Assembly: GCA_002840355.1 (NCBI GenBank)
Contig: PHAL01000012.1
Span: forward strand, 23,898-87,897
Length of the DNA: 64,000 nt
Reading direction: 5' to 3'
Source of the DNA: Elusimicrobia bacterium HGW-Elusimicrobia-3
Lineage (GTDB): Bacteria > Elusimicrobiota > Elusimicrobia > Elusimicrobiales > UBA9959
Shown here: in pieces, positions 55,300 to 64,000 of the stretch
Layout: each line of letters opens with the position of its first letter
How positions within the stretch are numbered: position 1 is the first letter of the stretch
Made by a program: the position numbers and the translations under genes
The notes under the pieces: model-generated
The model's database searches: none
Told to the model about the DNA's origin: nothing
The model's input: the letters and a program-made list of their open reading frames with translations, nothing else

Positions 55300-55854
55300 T
55301 TATCTCTTTATGAGGTCCAGGAATTCCTGCCGCACGCGGCTGTCGGTCTGGAAGCTGCCCAGCATGGCGCTGGTGGTGGCGAAAGAGGTCTCGTTCTTCA
55401 CCCCCCGCATGCTGACGCAGAGGTGCTCGGCCTCCATGACCACCCCCACCCCGCGGGGCTTGAGATGCTTGAACAGCGTGCGGGCCACTTCCTCGGTCAG
55501 GCGCTCCTGCACCTGCAGGCGGCGGGCGAAAGCTTCCACCAGGCGCGGGATCTTGGAGAGGCCCACTATGCGGCCGTTGGGGATATAGGCGATGTGGGCT
55601 TTGCCGAAGAAAGGCAGCATGTGATGCTCGCAGAGCGAATAGAAGGCGATATCCTTTACTATCACCATCTCCTTGTAGTCGGCCTTGAAGAAGGCGCCGT
55701 TGAAGACCTTATCCATGTCGGCGCCGTAGCCGGAGGTTATCTCGCGCAGGGCCCGCGCTACGCGCTGAGGGGTTTTCTTCAGGCCCTCCCTGGCGGGGTC
55801 TTCGCCCAGGGCGTTAAGGATCTGCAGCGCTGCCGATTCGATCGGGTCTTTCAT
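55300..55854 (-). CDS. folE: GTP cyclohydrolase I
   Basis: SLCEHHMLPF, GLSK, RLQVQERLT, HLC. Confidence 0.96.
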   Translation of the reverse strand: MKDPIESAALQILNALGEDPAREGLKKTPQRVARALREITSGYGADMDKVFNGAFFKADYKEMVIVKDIAFYSLCEHHMLPFFGKAHIAYIPNGRIVGLSKIPRLVEAFARRLQVQERLTEEVARTLFKHLKPRGVGVVMEAEHLCVSMRGVKNETSFATTSAMLGSFQTDSRVRQEFLDLIKR

Positions 55855-55901
55855 GATAGGTTAATTTTACAATTTTATTCTCCGGGGCGCATTAGCCCCG
55901 C

Positions 55902-55934
55902 AAAAAAAGATCCCCCGCCGGGGCGGAGGATCCT
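55902..55934 (-). terminator. Intrinsic terminator
   Basis: GATCCCCCGCC/GGCGGAGGATC stem plus U7 on minus strand. Confidence 0.7.
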
Positions 55935-55953
55935 TCGCGGGCGCGGGCCCGGT

Positions 55954-56571
55954 TTACTTGGAAGCTATGTACAGCCACTTGCTGGTGGCGCTGAGGTCGC
56001 GGGAGGCGCCGCGCAGGGCGCGGGCGTCGGCGGCGAGGCGGGCCATGGAGCGCTGCTCCGCCAGCACCTCGGTGAGCTTTTTGCCGCGCGCTTTCTTGCC
56101 GCCCTTTTTGGAGCTGACGGCGTCGCGCATGGCGGTTTTCTTGTTCTTGGCGGACAGCTGCGCTATCAGCGAACCGACCTGTACGGATTTGCGGTCCACC
56201 TTGCGGCTGTAACTGAGGATGGTGTTGGTGTACCTGGAAAGATCGGAGCCGGGCTGTATGGCGGCGAACTCGGCCTTGTTTAGGGCGGACACGTGCCGGA
56301 GGTTCTTGGCGATGGACTTCAGGCTGACGCCGAGGGCGGCGAGGTCCTCCTGCGAGGGGCGGCCGGAGGCGGTATCGAGGATCTCGATGGCCTCGTCGAG
56401 GTACTCGTCCTGGCGGACGAGCTTGACCAGGATGTCCTTGAATTCCTTGGTCTTCGCGTCCTGCTGCACGGAGGTTTTTGAGGACTGCGCGGGGACGGCG
56501 CTGCCGGCGAAAGCTAAACCCATTCCGGTTACTAAGACCAGGCCCGCGGAAAACGCGAATTTGAATTTCAT
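55954..56571 (-). CDS. Exported helical hypothetical protein
   Basis: GGAGGAG RBS, signal peptide, basic helical body. Confidence 0.7.
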   Translation of the reverse strand: MKFKFAFSAGLVLVTGMGLAFAGSAVPAQSSKTSVQQDAKTKEFKDILVKLVRQDEYLDEAIEILDTASGRPSQEDLAALGVSLKSIAKNLRHVSALNKAEFAAIQPGSDLSRYTNTILSYSRKVDRKSVQVGSLIAQLSAKNKKTAMRDAVSSKKGGKKARGKKLTEVLAEQRSMARLAADARALRGASRDLSATSKWLYIASK

Positions 56572-56652
56572 GGTTTTATCTCCTCCGTCCCTTACGCTTA
56601 TAGTCTAGCTTTCAGAAGCGGGTAGGGCACGGGCCATGGGGTCCTATATAAA

Positions 56653-56684
56653 TAAAAAAAGGTCCTACGCCTGGATAGGACCTT
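56653..56684 (-). terminator. Intrinsic terminator
   Basis: AAGGTCCTA/TAGGACCTT stem plus U tract. Confidence 0.7.
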
Positions 56685-56709
56685 CGGGCAAGCGCGTCGG
56701 GAGCGGAGA

Positions 56710-58191
56710 CTACTTCATTCCTTTAAGGGCTTTGAGGGCCTGGTCGCGGGTCTTAACCTTGCCCTCGAACTGCAGCAGCTGCACCTTCTCCAGCAGCTCG
56801 CCTATGCGGGGGCCCTCTTTGATCTTGAGCGTCTTGATGACGTCGTTGCCGTCCACCAGGCGCTCGGCGCCCAGCTTGAGGCTCTTCTTGACGTAGACGT
56901 TGAAGAGCTGGTTGAGCACCTGCATGTAGCGCAGCGTCTTCTTGGGGGAATTGTAAGGCAGGCCGGCCGGCAGCGGGGCCGGGGGCGCCTGCAGCCGCTT
57001 GCGCATGCGCCGCAGCTGTTCGGCCGTGACGTAGCTGGCGTGGTCGGCCCAGGAGAGCGCGAGCAGGGGCACGGTGTACTGGCCCATGGCCCTGAAGAAG
57101 CGGAACATGGCCCTGTCGGAAATGGAGTCGTTGGCGGCCAGGTTGCCGGGCCGCAGGTGGGCGCCGATGACGGCGCAGACCAGCCGGATCTCGTCGCGCG
57201 AGAAGCGCAGGCGCTCCATCTCTTTCCCGGCCATCACCGCGCCGAATTCCTCGTGGCCGAAGAAGCGCAGCCGGCCTTTTACCATGGCGGCCTTGGGAGG
57301 CTTGGCGATGTCGTGCAGCAGGGCGGCGAAACGCAGCAGCCGCGCCGGCGGCAGCAGGTCCCCCGCCTTCTTCCAGGCCGGCAGCCAGGCCGGCAGGTCC
57401 CGGTAAAGTTCGTCGGCGCGCTCCACCACCCGCAGCGTGTGCGTGAGCACCCCGCCCTTGCCGTAGTAGCCCGTGGCGCAGCGCTCCTGCGCCGCCAGCT
57501 CGGGGAACAGGGCGGTCAGCAGGCCGTGCTTGTGCATAAGGCCGAGCCAGGCGTGGGAGTCGGGGCTTTCCAGCAGGCGCATCAGCTCTTCGCGCACGCG
57601 CTCCTGGGCCGGCTTGGCTACCAGGGCGGCGTGTTTCTTTATCCCCCTCACCGCTTCCGGGGTGAGGTCGAAGCCCAGGCCGGCGGCCAGGCGGTAGGCG
57701 CGCATCAGCCGCACCGGGTCTTCTGTGAAAATGGCGGGGGTTACGGGGCGCAGCTTTTTCGCGGCGAGGTCTTTGAGGCCGCCGGCGAGGTCTATGACGG
57801 CGGCGCGGGCAGGCTTGAAGGCGAAGTCGCCTGTTTTGGCGCGGGCGGCGATCCTGACACCGGGCGCCAGGCGCAGGGCCAGGGCGTTCACGGTGAAGTC
57901 GCGGCGCTTCAGGTCGGAGGCCAGCGAGCCGCCCACGAAGGGCATGATGTCCACTTGCGCGCGCGGGGCGGCGCGCTGCGTCAGGCGCCAGACCTGGTTC
58001 TCCTCGTCCAGCGGGAAAGCCGCGGCGCCCAGGCGCGCGGCGAGGCGCCGTACGCGGGCCTCGAAGTCGGGCGAGGGCGGCACGGCCACGTCTATGTCTT
58101 TGAAGGGGCGGCCCAGCAGGGCGTCGCGCAGGGCGCCGCCCACCAGGTAGGCTTCCTTGAATACGCCGGTTACCGCGGCTGTTAAGTCCAT
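56710..58191 (-). CDS. Class II tRNA nucleotidyltransferase with HD domain, probably CC-adding
   Basis: LVGGALRD, DIDV, RRDFTVNA, EDPVRLMR, LHDIAK. Confidence 0.9.
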   Translation of the reverse strand: MDLTAAVTGVFKEAYLVGGALRDALLGRPFKDIDVAVPPSPDFEARVRRLAARLGAAAFPLDEENQVWRLTQRAAPRAQVDIMPFVGGSLASDLKRRDFTVNALALRLAPGVRIAARAKTGDFAFKPARAAVIDLAGGLKDLAAKKLRPVTPAIFTEDPVRLMRAYRLAAGLGFDLTPEAVRGIKKHAALVAKPAQERVREELMRLLESPDSHAWLGLMHKHGLLTALFPELAAQERCATGYYGKGGVLTHTLRVVERADELYRDLPAWLPAWKKAGDLLPPARLLRFAALLHDIAKPPKAAMVKGRLRFFGHEEFGAVMAGKEMERLRFSRDEIRLVCAVIGAHLRPGNLAANDSISDRAMFRFFRAMGQYTVPLLALSWADHASYVTAEQLRRMRKRLQAPPAPLPAGLPYNSPKKTLRYMQVLNQLFNVYVKKSLKLGAERLVDGNDVIKTLKIKEGPRIGELLEKVQLLQFEGKVKTRDQALKALKGMK

Positions 58192-58215
58192 CGTTGCCTT
58201 ACCGCTGCGGGCGCC

Positions 58216-59829
58216 TTAGCGGGCGGCCTGCTGCGCCTTTTCGATAATAGCTTCGGCCGAGGCTTTTGCGCGCTTCTCCAGTTCCTTCCTGAGCAGCTCG
58301 CGCTTGAGCACTTTCTGCAAGGCGTTCTTGGGCAGGGCGCTGACCACTTCCACGTCGCGCGGGCGCTTGTACGCGTCGAAGTTTTCCTTGATGAACTTCA
58401 TGATCTCGGCTTTTTCCAGCGCCGTGTCGGGGCGGGCCACGACGAAGCATTTCATCGTCTCGTTGCCGCTGCCGTCGGGGATGCCGATCACGGCGTTCTC
58501 CAGCACTTTCGGGTGGGTGCAGATCGTGTGTTCGATCTGGGCCGGGAACACCTTGAGGCCCTTCACGATGACCATGTCCTTCTTGCGGTCGCGGATGAAC
58601 AGGAAGCCGTCGGTGTCGAGCACGCCGATGTCGCCGGTCTTGAGCCAGCCGTCCTCCGTGAACAGCTCGCGGGTGGCCTGGTCGTTGCCGTGGTAGCCGC
58701 GGGTGATGTTGGGGCCCATCACGCAGATCTCGCCTTCCTCGCCGTGCTTGAGGTGGTTGCCCTGCTCGTCGACGATGCGGATCTTCACGCCGGGGATGGC
58801 CTTGCCTACCGAGCCGTGCTTGCGCGACCTGGGCGGCACAATGGTCACCACCGGGCTGGTCTCGGTGAGGCCGTAGCCTTCGAGGATGTGCAGGCCGAAG
58901 GCCTTGTGGAAGTGGTCGGTGATGGTGCGGTTGAGCGGGGCCGCGCCGGACAGGCACAGGCGCACCTTGCGCAGGCTCCAGAACTTCAGGAAGAACTTCT
59001 TGAGGCCGCGGGCCTCCTTGGCCAGCACGCCGTAGATCTGCGGCACGGCTATCATGATGGTCACGCCCTCGCGGCCCATGGCCTGCAGCCAGGGCTTGGG
59101 CGGGGTGATGCTCTTGACTATCATCGTCTTGGAGCCGAGCAGGATGGGCGTGATCACGTTGCCGGTCCAGGAGAAGGTGTGGAACATGGGCAGCAGCGCC
59201 ATGAACACGTCTTTCTTGACGGGCTCCAGGGTGGCGATGGCCGCCTTGGAGTTCTCTATCATGTTGTGGTGCGTCAGCAGCACGCCCTTGGGGTGGCCTG
59301 TGGTGCCGGAGGTGTAGAGGATGGTGGCCAGGTCGTGCTCGTCGGCCGCGGCTTTCTGGGTCTGTGGGTGGTAATGGGCGTGCTTCACGGAGTGCCAGAA
59401 GTCGTGGACGCCGTCCACGCCGGTGAAGTCGGCCGAGATCAGGAACTTCAGGCCGGGCAGGTTCTTTTTGACGTTGAGGTAGTTCTTGATGAACTCTTTC
59501 TCGGTCACCACGCCCTTGCAGGCTGAGTTCTCCAGGATGTAGGAGAGTTCCTCTGCCTTGGAGACCAGGTAGTTTATGGGCACCGCCACCGCGCCGATCT
59601 TGGAGAGGGCGAAATAGGCGATGATGAATTCGGGGGAGTTGCGCAGGGCGATGGCGGCCCTGTCGCCCTTGCGCAGGCCGTGCTGCCAGAACATGTCGGC
59701 CGCGCGGTCCACGGAGTAGAGCACTTCGTGCCAGGACATGTGTTTGTCGCCGGTGACGTAGGCGGTCTCTTCGGGGTGGCGCTCGGCGGTCTTGGCAAGG
59801 CAGGAGTAAAGGTCTTTGGGTTCGGTCAT
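58216..59829 (-). CDS. Long-chain-fatty-acid--CoA ligase
   Basis: YTSGTTGHPKG, EGYGLTE, TGDIG, DRKKD. Confidence 0.92.
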   Translation of the reverse strand: MTEPKDLYSCLAKTAERHPEETAYVTGDKHMSWHEVLYSVDRAADMFWQHGLRKGDRAAIALRNSPEFIIAYFALSKIGAVAVPINYLVSKAEELSYILENSACKGVVTEKEFIKNYLNVKKNLPGLKFLISADFTGVDGVHDFWHSVKHAHYHPQTQKAAADEHDLATILYTSGTTGHPKGVLLTHHNMIENSKAAIATLEPVKKDVFMALLPMFHTFSWTGNVITPILLGSKTMIVKSITPPKPWLQAMGREGVTIMIAVPQIYGVLAKEARGLKKFFLKFWSLRKVRLCLSGAAPLNRTITDHFHKAFGLHILEGYGLTETSPVVTIVPPRSRKHGSVGKAIPGVKIRIVDEQGNHLKHGEEGEICVMGPNITRGYHGNDQATRELFTEDGWLKTGDIGVLDTDGFLFIRDRKKDMVIVKGLKVFPAQIEHTICTHPKVLENAVIGIPDGSGNETMKCFVVARPDTALEKAEIMKFIKENFDAYKRPRDVEVVSALPKNALQKVLKRELLRKELEKRAKASAEAIIEKAQQAAR

Positions 59830-59916
59830 TTGGCCTCCGGATTAGTCTAAATTGTAGTTAATTATAGGGGGGTTATGAAAGCGCGCGTATCAAAATTAAC
59901 GGGCCGCGGGCGCGGC

Positions 59917-60534
59917 CTACTTATCCAGCGGGATGAGCAGCCGGACGCCCTTTTCTAGGCGGTGGGGATTCGGGACGTGCGGGTTGGCGCCCCAGATCTT
60001 TTCCCAGAGCTTGAGGTCGCCGTAGTACTTGATGGCTATTTCGGCCATGGTCTCGCCGGCCCTGACCACGTGGATGACGTAGCGGCCTCCTTTGGCGCAT
60101 TCCCCCTCCCCGAACAGGCAGTCGAACACGGCGCCGGTCTCGGCCGAGGTGTCGAGCGTCGCCGTGGACAGCGGCACCGAGGGCGTGGGCGCGTCCCGGT
60201 CCAGTTCCGCCAGCAGGATCAGCGTCTTGAGCGAATCGTCTTTGGGAAAGATGTCGGCGGCGCGCCGCAGCGAGTCGCGGGCCCCGTCATAGTCCCCGGC
60301 CCGCAGGGCGTCCTTGCCCTTTATAGCCAGGCAATGGCCGAGTATTTCCTTGGCCCTGGCGTCCCTGGGGTTGGCTTTCAGGGCGCCTGAAAAGAAGGTT
60401 ATGGCCCTGTCCAGGCGGCCGGTGAGGAATAAACCGGCCCCCCGGTCCAGCGCGTCCTTCGCGCCGGCCGGCGCGCTGAGAGCGGCCAGCGCCGGCAGGG
60501 CCAGCGCCAGGAGCGCTCTAGCGGGCAGGCGCAT
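59917..60534 (-). CDS. Exported TPR + LysM protein
   Basis: Signal peptide, TPRs, HVVRAGETMAEIA..YYG...W..I..AN. Confidence 0.85.
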   Translation of the reverse strand: MRLPARALLALALPALAALSAPAGAKDALDRGAGLFLTGRLDRAITFFSGALKANPRDARAKEILGHCLAIKGKDALRAGDYDGARDSLRRAADIFPKDDSLKTLILLAELDRDAPTPSVPLSTATLDTSAETGAVFDCLFGEGECAKGGRYVIHVVRAGETMAEIAIKYYGDLKLWEKIWGANPHVPNPHRLEKGVRLLIPLDK

Positions 60535-61684
60535 CGCCGCCCCCCAGCTGCCGCCTTGCTTCGCTGACGTCCACGCCCAGCGCCGAGAATTTCTCTATGA
60601 TGCGCTTGAGCAGCGTTTCCCGCTCGGCCTTGCCCAGCTTCTCGGTTTCCACCCTGGCCTTGAACCACTGCAGGGTCTCGGCGTAGACGTCGGCGGCGGC
60701 GCGGGTGACTTTCTGGCCGCCCCGTTCCACGGTGATCTGGTCGTTCCCGGCCGTGAGCGAATCGAACTTGAGCTTGAGGCTGAGGCGGTGCGTCATGCCC
60801 AGGTCGCCGTAGGGGCTGAGGGCGTAGTCCACGCCCAGGGCGCCGGTCTCCACGCCGAAGCCCAGGCTGATGGCCGACATGGCGCCGAGGTAGCCCATCG
60901 CGGCCGTCTTGAAGCCGGCGCGCAGGGCCAGGCGCGCGCCTTTTACCGGCGCCGGATAAATATATTCCCCGCCGAAATGCAGCCCCAGCGAATCGTCGAA
61001 GGGCAGGCTGAGGTCGGAGGTGAGCAGCAGGTCCTTGCTGTACTGCAGCGCGGCGCCGGCGCGCAGGCCCATCGGCAGGCCGCCCGGGGTGCCGCCCTCG
61101 CCCAGCGCTAGGCCGGTGCCCAGGTTGCGCAGCGTTGCGCCGAACTTGAGGCGCGGCGAGCGCTCGTAGACGGCGCCGGCGTCGATCGCGAAGGCCTGGC
61201 CGCTCTCGCTCTCGATGCGCTCGCGGATGATCTTGAAGCTGGCGCCGGCCCGGAGCTTGTTCTTGAGCGTGCGGGCGTAGGAGCCTATCAGCACCAGGTC
61301 GCCGGCGCTGTAGTAGCCCTCGGTGTAGCCGTACTTGTTGCCGCGCTCTATGTCGCCGGTGGATAGCCCGCCCAGGCCGGCGCCTATCACGTCATCGGGC
61401 GTGCGGCGCATGGCGAAGGCCGCGTGCTGCAGGCTGGTGTCGGCCAGCCAGACATTGTGGCCGAAGGTCTGCTGCAGGCGCTTGACGTAGTTGAGGCCGG
61501 CCGGGTTCCAGTAGAGGGCGTCCACGTCGTCGGCGGCGGCCGTGAAGGCCTCGCCCATGGCGGCGGGCCTGGCGCCCCAGCCCACGCGCAGGAAGGCGGC
61601 CGAGGACGCGCCGGCGGCGCGCGCCTGCCCGGCGCAGCACAGGGCGGCGAGGGCGGTCAGGACCAGGAGGCGTGAGGTTTTCAT
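60518..61684 (-). CDS. PorV/PorQ-family outer-membrane protein with C-terminal extension
   Basis: FLRVGWGARPAAMG, YWNPAGL, VDYAL, LGMTHRLSL. Confidence 0.85.
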   Translation of the reverse strand: MKTSRLLVLTALAALCCAGQARAAGASSAAFLRVGWGARPAAMGEAFTAAADDVDALYWNPAGLNYVKRLQQTFGHNVWLADTSLQHAAFAMRRTPDDVIGAGLGGLSTGDIERGNKYGYTEGYYSAGDLVLIGSYARTLKNKLRAGASFKIIRERIESESGQAFAIDAGAVYERSPRLKFGATLRNLGTGLALGEGGTPGGLPMGLRAGAALQYSKDLLLTSDLSLPFDDSLGLHFGGEYIYPAPVKGARLALRAGFKTAAMGYLGAMSAISLGFGVETGALGVDYALSPYGDLGMTHRLSLKLKFDSLTAGNDQITVERGGQKVTRAAADVYAETLQWFKARVETEKLGKAERETLLKRIIEKFSALGVDVSEARRQLGGGDAPAR

Positions 61685-61690
61685 GGCGCG

Positions 61691-63814
61691 CTAGCGGATG
61701 ATGGCGAACTTGCCTTTCCGCGGTTCCCCGCTGCCTCCCTTGATGTAATAGATGTAGACGCCGGTGGCCGTTTCGGCCCCGGAGACGCTCTTGGTGTCCC
61801 ACAGGTAGCGGCCTTCGCTGTCGGCCGTGCCGGACTTCTGGTAGATCAGCTGGCCGGCCAGGTCCACGATGGTGAGGTTGAAGGACGCGCCCGCCGCGAG
61901 GCCCGCGAACACGATGCCCGCGCCCAGCGTAGAAGCATCGAAATTGCCGCCGGTGCCAGGCCGGTAGGGGTTCGGGTAGACCTTGGCCGGTATGCCGCTG
62001 CCGCCACCGGGGCCGCCTATGCCGCCGCCGCTGGAAACGGCCTTGAGCACGGCATACTTGTTATTGGCGGCTTTGGCCGCGGCGGTCACCGTTTTGGCGG
62101 CGGTGTTGACCGTGGAGGGCAGGGTGACCCAGCCGGCGACGGTGTCGTAGTAGCCGAGCGACAGGGCGGTCTCGGGGTAATCGCCCAGGTCGGCCGGCGA
62201 GTAGCGCAGCGTGACCGTCAGGTTCTGCAGCGAGGTGGTGGAAGGGTTGCCGGCCACGAACAGCCCTTCGCCGGCCTGCTGTATGTCGCCGGACGCCGCC
62301 GCTTCGGGAGAGAGGGTGATGGTCTCCTGCAGCGAGAAGGAGCCGGCCGGCACGGAGACCGTGACCTGGCCGAGACCGGTCATGGCGTTTATCGTGGCGG
62401 CCTGGCCGGCCGGCACGGTCTGGCGCAGGCGCGTCCTGGCCAGCGCGGCCGAAGTGTAGTACTCGCCGTTGGCGTTGGTGACGGTGATGGTGGTGAAGCC
62501 CAGGATGACGGCGGGCGCGGGGGTGACGGGCAGGGTAAGCTGCCCCGAATTATACGAGGCCGCCCCGGTGGAGATCAGCGGGTCCGAGAAAGTAACGGCC
62601 GTGTCGGCCAGCAGGCCCCGGCCGATGAACGTGACGTTTGCGGTTTCGCCTATATAGAGCGGCGAGACCTCGTTGACCCGGGGCGAGGCGTTGTACTTCA
62701 CCACGAAATAATTATTGGAGGCCGTGTAGCTCTCCCCGGCCGCGATCACGTTGTCCTCGGCGTCCACCGCCACGGCGCTGAGCAGGTCGGCCAGGCCGCC
62801 GTCGTAGGCCGCCGTGGACAGCACGTTGAGCGCGGGGTCGTACTTTATGGAGAAGAAGTCCACCGCGCCGGCGATATTGGTGAAGCCGGAGACGGTGATA
62901 TTGCCGTAGGCGTCCACGGCCACGCCCTTGGGGTTGTCCGCCCCGCCGCTGTCGTAAGCCGCCGACGAGATCAGGGTGGTCAGGGTGCTGTCGTATTTCA
63001 GCGTCAGGAAGTCCGGGATGCCGGACAGCGGCACCATGCGCGCGGCCACTATCACGTTGCCGTCGCCGTCCACGGCCACCCCGACGGCGGTATCGCCGCC
63101 GCCGCTGTCGAAAGAGACGGCCGGCGGCAGGTAGGAGAGGTTCTTGTCGTAGCGCACCAGGCGCACGTCGTCGTTGGTGCCCCCCGTCTTGGTCAGCCCG
63201 GCCACTATCAGGTAGTCGCCGTTGAAGGTCAGCGCGTTAGCTTGGTCCATGTAGCCGCTGTCGTAGGCCGCGCTGGAGACCTGGTTCAGGGCGGGGCTGT
63301 ACTTGATGGTATGGAAATCGTCGGTGCCGTTGTTGCTGTAGCCGGTAACGTAGATATTGTTCTGGTCGTCGGTGCGCACGGCGTTGGCCCTGTCGAAGAT
63401 GCCGCCCGAGTAGGTGGCGGAGGAGAGCAGCGCCCCGAAGTTGGCGCTGTATTTCAGCGTGACGTAGTTGGCGCCGCCGTTCTCCATGCCCGCCACGATG
63501 ATGTTGCCCAGGCCGTCCACCGCTATGCCGCCGGGGATATTGCCGCTGCCGCCGTTGGCGTACAGGCTGGCCGCGCCCACGGTGAGCGCCAGGGTCTTGC
63601 TGTATTTTACCGAAAGGAAATCGGTGCCGCTGTTGCCGGTGACGAAGATGTTGCCCGCCGCGTCCACGGCCACGGCGGTTGCCTTGTCGTCCCCGGCGCC
63701 GGAGTCGTACGTGGCCGAGGCCAGCACGATCATCTCCGGCGCGGCGTGGGCCGCGGCGGCGCAGCAGGCGGCGATCAGGCCGGCCAGCAGGGGTTTAAGC
63801 GTTGCGCGGCGCAC
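61691..63814 (-). CDS. Exported SBBP-type beta-propeller protein with T9SS-CTD/FlgD-like C-terminus
   Basis: Repeats AVAVD..GNI.VTG...DF..VKY; VYPNPY...ATGVYIY...GKFAIIR. Confidence 0.88.
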   Translation of the reverse strand: MRRATLKPLLAGLIAACCAAAAHAAPEMIVLASATYDSGAGDDKATAVAVDAAGNIFVTGNSGTDFLSVKYSKTLALTVGAASLYANGGSGNIPGGIAVDGLGNIIVAGMENGGANYVTLKYSANFGALLSSATYSGGIFDRANAVRTDDQNNIYVTGYSNNGTDDFHTIKYSPALNQVSSAAYDSGYMDQANALTFNGDYLIVAGLTKTGGTNDDVRLVRYDKNLSYLPPAVSFDSGGGDTAVGVAVDGDGNVIVAARMVPLSGIPDFLTLKYDSTLTTLISSAAYDSGGADNPKGVAVDAYGNITVSGFTNIAGAVDFFSIKYDPALNVLSTAAYDGGLADLLSAVAVDAEDNVIAAGESYTASNNYFVVKYNASPRVNEVSPLYIGETANVTFIGRGLLADTAVTFSDPLISTGAASYNSGQLTLPVTPAPAVILGFTTITVTNANGEYYTSAALARTRLRQTVPAGQAATINAMTGLGQVTVSVPAGSFSLQETITLSPEAAASGDIQQAGEGLFVAGNPSTTSLQNLTVTLRYSPADLGDYPETALSLGYYDTVAGWVTLPSTVNTAAKTVTAAAKAANNKYAVLKAVSSGGGIGGPGGGSGIPAKVYPNPYRPGTGGNFDASTLGAGIVFAGLAAGASFNLTIVDLAGQLIYQKSGTADSEGRYLWDTKSVSGAETATGVYIYYIKGGSGEPRKGKFAIIR

Positions 63815-63818
63815 GTCG

Positions 63819-64000
63819 TCAGCCCCCGTTGGCCGGGTAGGCCTGCTCGAGCAGGCGCACGCGCTTGATCAGCTCGTCGTTCTCGAAAGGCTTGGTCAGG
63901 TAATCGTCGGCGCCGCGCTCCATGCCCTTGGCTTTCTCGTCCATGCCCTTGCGCGCGGTCAGCAGCATCACCGGCATCTCCTTGTAGCGGTCGTCATTGC
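63819..64000 (-). CDS. Response-regulator receiver domain (5' truncated)
   Basis: PVMLLTAR...[10 protein letters not shown], stop at 63819-63821. Confidence 0.88.
   Translation of the reverse strand, partial: NDDRYKEMPVMLLTARKGMDEKAKGMERGADDYLTKPFENDELIKRVRLLEQAYPANGG

Overview
High-GC bacterial chromosomal window. An Elusimicrobiota-like origin is inferred from gene content and was not database-checked. It appears to span the replication terminus: a 28-bp XerCD dif site at 2835-2862, with genes on both sides pointing towards it (+ strand before; almost all - strand after). Core genes include apt, a group-2 sigma70, plsY, hflX-miaA-miaB, ndk, pyk, rpiB, speD/speE, folE and a probable CC-adding enzyme. 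There are four CCA-less tRNAs (Arg-CCT, Pro-CGG, Pro-GGG, Gly-CCC), oxidative-stress genes (PerR-AhpC, catalase, MoxR/Bat operon), outer-membrane barrels, a serpin and a CPAF-like protease. No integrase, transposase, cas gene or rRNA was seen. Main leads: (1) an array of inverted-repeat units built from the tRNA-Gly 3' end and separated by unique spacers; (2) two YPNP-CTD cargo + PorV-like barrel gene pairs suggesting a T9SS-like export system; (3) phased 12-bp repeats and an orphan winged-helix gene flanking dif; (4) a leaderless Pro-Pro-stop uORF before an ABC-F gene; (5) unassigned structured 5' leaders. All product calls come from motif recognition by eye.
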